A stretch of 64,000 nt of DNA, filler included, from Sphacelaria rigidula (taxonomy: Eukaryota), in the NCBI GenBank assembly GCA_964200075.2. It is 9 parts of 9 records of this genome, joined end to end, with 100 filler letters (N's around TTAATTAATTAA, not from the genome) between each part and the next. Parts side by side here need not be neighbours in the genome. Positions count along the whole stretch, not along the records: positions 56,980 to 64,000 come from CAXNAA020016920.1; 8 more parts are not named here. One strand, given 5' to 3'. The translations under genes were made by a program, and so were the position numbers. Below are positions 62,788 through 64,000 of this stretch, piece by piece (the stretch's first letter is position 1; every line of letters begins with the position of its first letter). Below the pieces are notes generated by a model. That model searched no databases and was not told the DNA's origin. It was given only the letters and a program-made list of their open reading frames with translations.

Positions 62788-62957
62788 TTCTTTTGGGACG
62801 GGAGCGGACAAACCAGTGGTAAGGGCATTTTGTAAATCGGCATCACTTTCGCTTGAGAACGAGTGAAAAACATGCCGATTCACAAATGGCCTGTGCATGC
62901 AAAACCAGGGGTCCATCCATTCCACGCTATCGTAGTGGGAGTCCGGTCCCAAAAGGG
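62788..62957. mobile_element. 170-bp piggyBac-like MITE family 2
   Basis: TIR CCCTTTTGGGACCGGAC, shares its TTAA with the neighbouring MITE; single ends also at 49617, 61503 and 63892. Confidence 0.7.
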
Positions 62958-64000
62958 TTGATAAGAATAAGACTCCTGACACTCTCGCAGATCGCGACTG
63001 AAAGTCACTGATTGATTCGGGTGACGCAAGAGGACATGATCACACGCGGATAGCGATGAATTTGTTGGCTACAGGCGGAAACACTGACATTGAAGCTGGA
63101 ACAGGGCACATGTGCGCAACGCGGTGTGTTTGAACAACATGAACAGTAGCAGCGCAATCAACCCGTTGACCGCAAGGTAGGTCACATGCTGAATCGGCAT
63201 CAATTTCACTTGAAAAAAAATATCTGTGATCCAGATGGACTACCCGCGTCGCGGTCTACAGGGTGAACTCCGGCGGCGCTTTTTGTTTTCCCGCCTGACA
63301 TCCTGGCCCTTCTTGTCCGCCTTGGTTTTACTTCAAAGCTCGAAAAAAAACGAACGGCTTTATTTTTTTTCGGACCCTTTCCGGCAACACGCAAGGAATC
63401 TTACATACAGAGAAATACTGGTGAAGAGAACTGCTGTAAACTGAAAAAATAACAGAAATGAGGTGGACCTCACTCAGTCGGACCGGGTTTTCGTTCTTCT
63501 CCACGCATATTTCCAAGGGTCGGACAAATCATGATTCGTCTGAAAATTACTTGTTCTTAGTACGATGAGTCGACTCGTGACGAATCAATCCCTAGCCTTT
63601 ATTTCGGCGTTGCAACCCGTTGACGGCGAGAGTAGGGAGGTGTGTTCACCACTTGTTCGATGAAGAATTTTCTCGGAAACAAATAATTTTGAACTAACCC
63701 TAACTCTGACCTTAACCCTAACCCCAGCCCAAGGCATACCGAGAACCCTCGGGCGAAGGGGGTGCGAAGCGTCCGCTGGGCAAAGTGTGGCGTTGGCAGA
63801 CCTCAAATCGCGGCGATCTTGACGAAAACGCGTTTTGTGCACGCTGGAGGCAGTTAGGTGGCTGTCAGCCCCACTGAGGGCTCTTCTTGACCCTTTTGGG
63901 ACCGGACCCCCATCAACATAGGGTTGATCCACACGCAGCCCAGACACGTGAAATGGCGCAAAAGTTGCGTGGATATCCCTTGGATCAGCGATCAACTTTT

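Larger units (their letters stand above)
60798..63265. mobile_element. Cluster of about ten ~95-bp piggyBac-like MITEs
   Basis: Copies e.g. 60836-60932, 61585-61681, 61969-62066, 62071-62168, 62683-62783 and 63162-63263, mostly bounded by TTAA-like sites, both orientations. Confidence 0.85.

Noticed and set aside
60798-63265. CRISPR-like repeat array
   Set aside because: Units are ~95 bp, in mixed orientation, irregularly spaced and have TIRs and TTAA flanks; no cas genes; eukaryotic context

Overview
Eukaryotic, intron-rich, repeat-dense DNA, most likely from a brown alga (Phaeophyceae). That assignment is inferred from GT-AG introns, TTAGGG-type repeats and a Cys-rich module typical of Ectocarpus-like proteins. 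The window is not one locus: it is nine unrelated contigs of 7021-7023 bp joined by artificial 100-bp N44-TTAATTAATTAA-N44 linkers, so adjacency across linkers means nothing. Host genes that can be supported are a complete 3-exon TMEM97/EXPERA gene, two DHHC palmitoyltransferase exons, the first exon of an ECH1-like crotonase, four exons of a very large protein (possibly BLTP2/Hobbit/SABRE-like), one Cys-rich exon and two unassigned exons. The rest is mobile DNA: two divergent decayed copies of one LTR retrotransposon family with a very long gag-like ORF, a Copia gag relic, a probable hAT transposase relic, a tRNA-derived SINE, and many non-autonomous TIR or fold-back families (pogo-, Tourist/PIF-, piggyBac- and Sola-like ends). 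The most notable element is ~210 bp long, has TGTAAT...ATTACA termini and a demonstrable 5-bp target duplication, and carries an internal telomeric (TTAGGG)n tract; nine copies lie in one 7-kb contig. Most entries in the ORF track are spurious. No database search was possible, so novelty is unverified.
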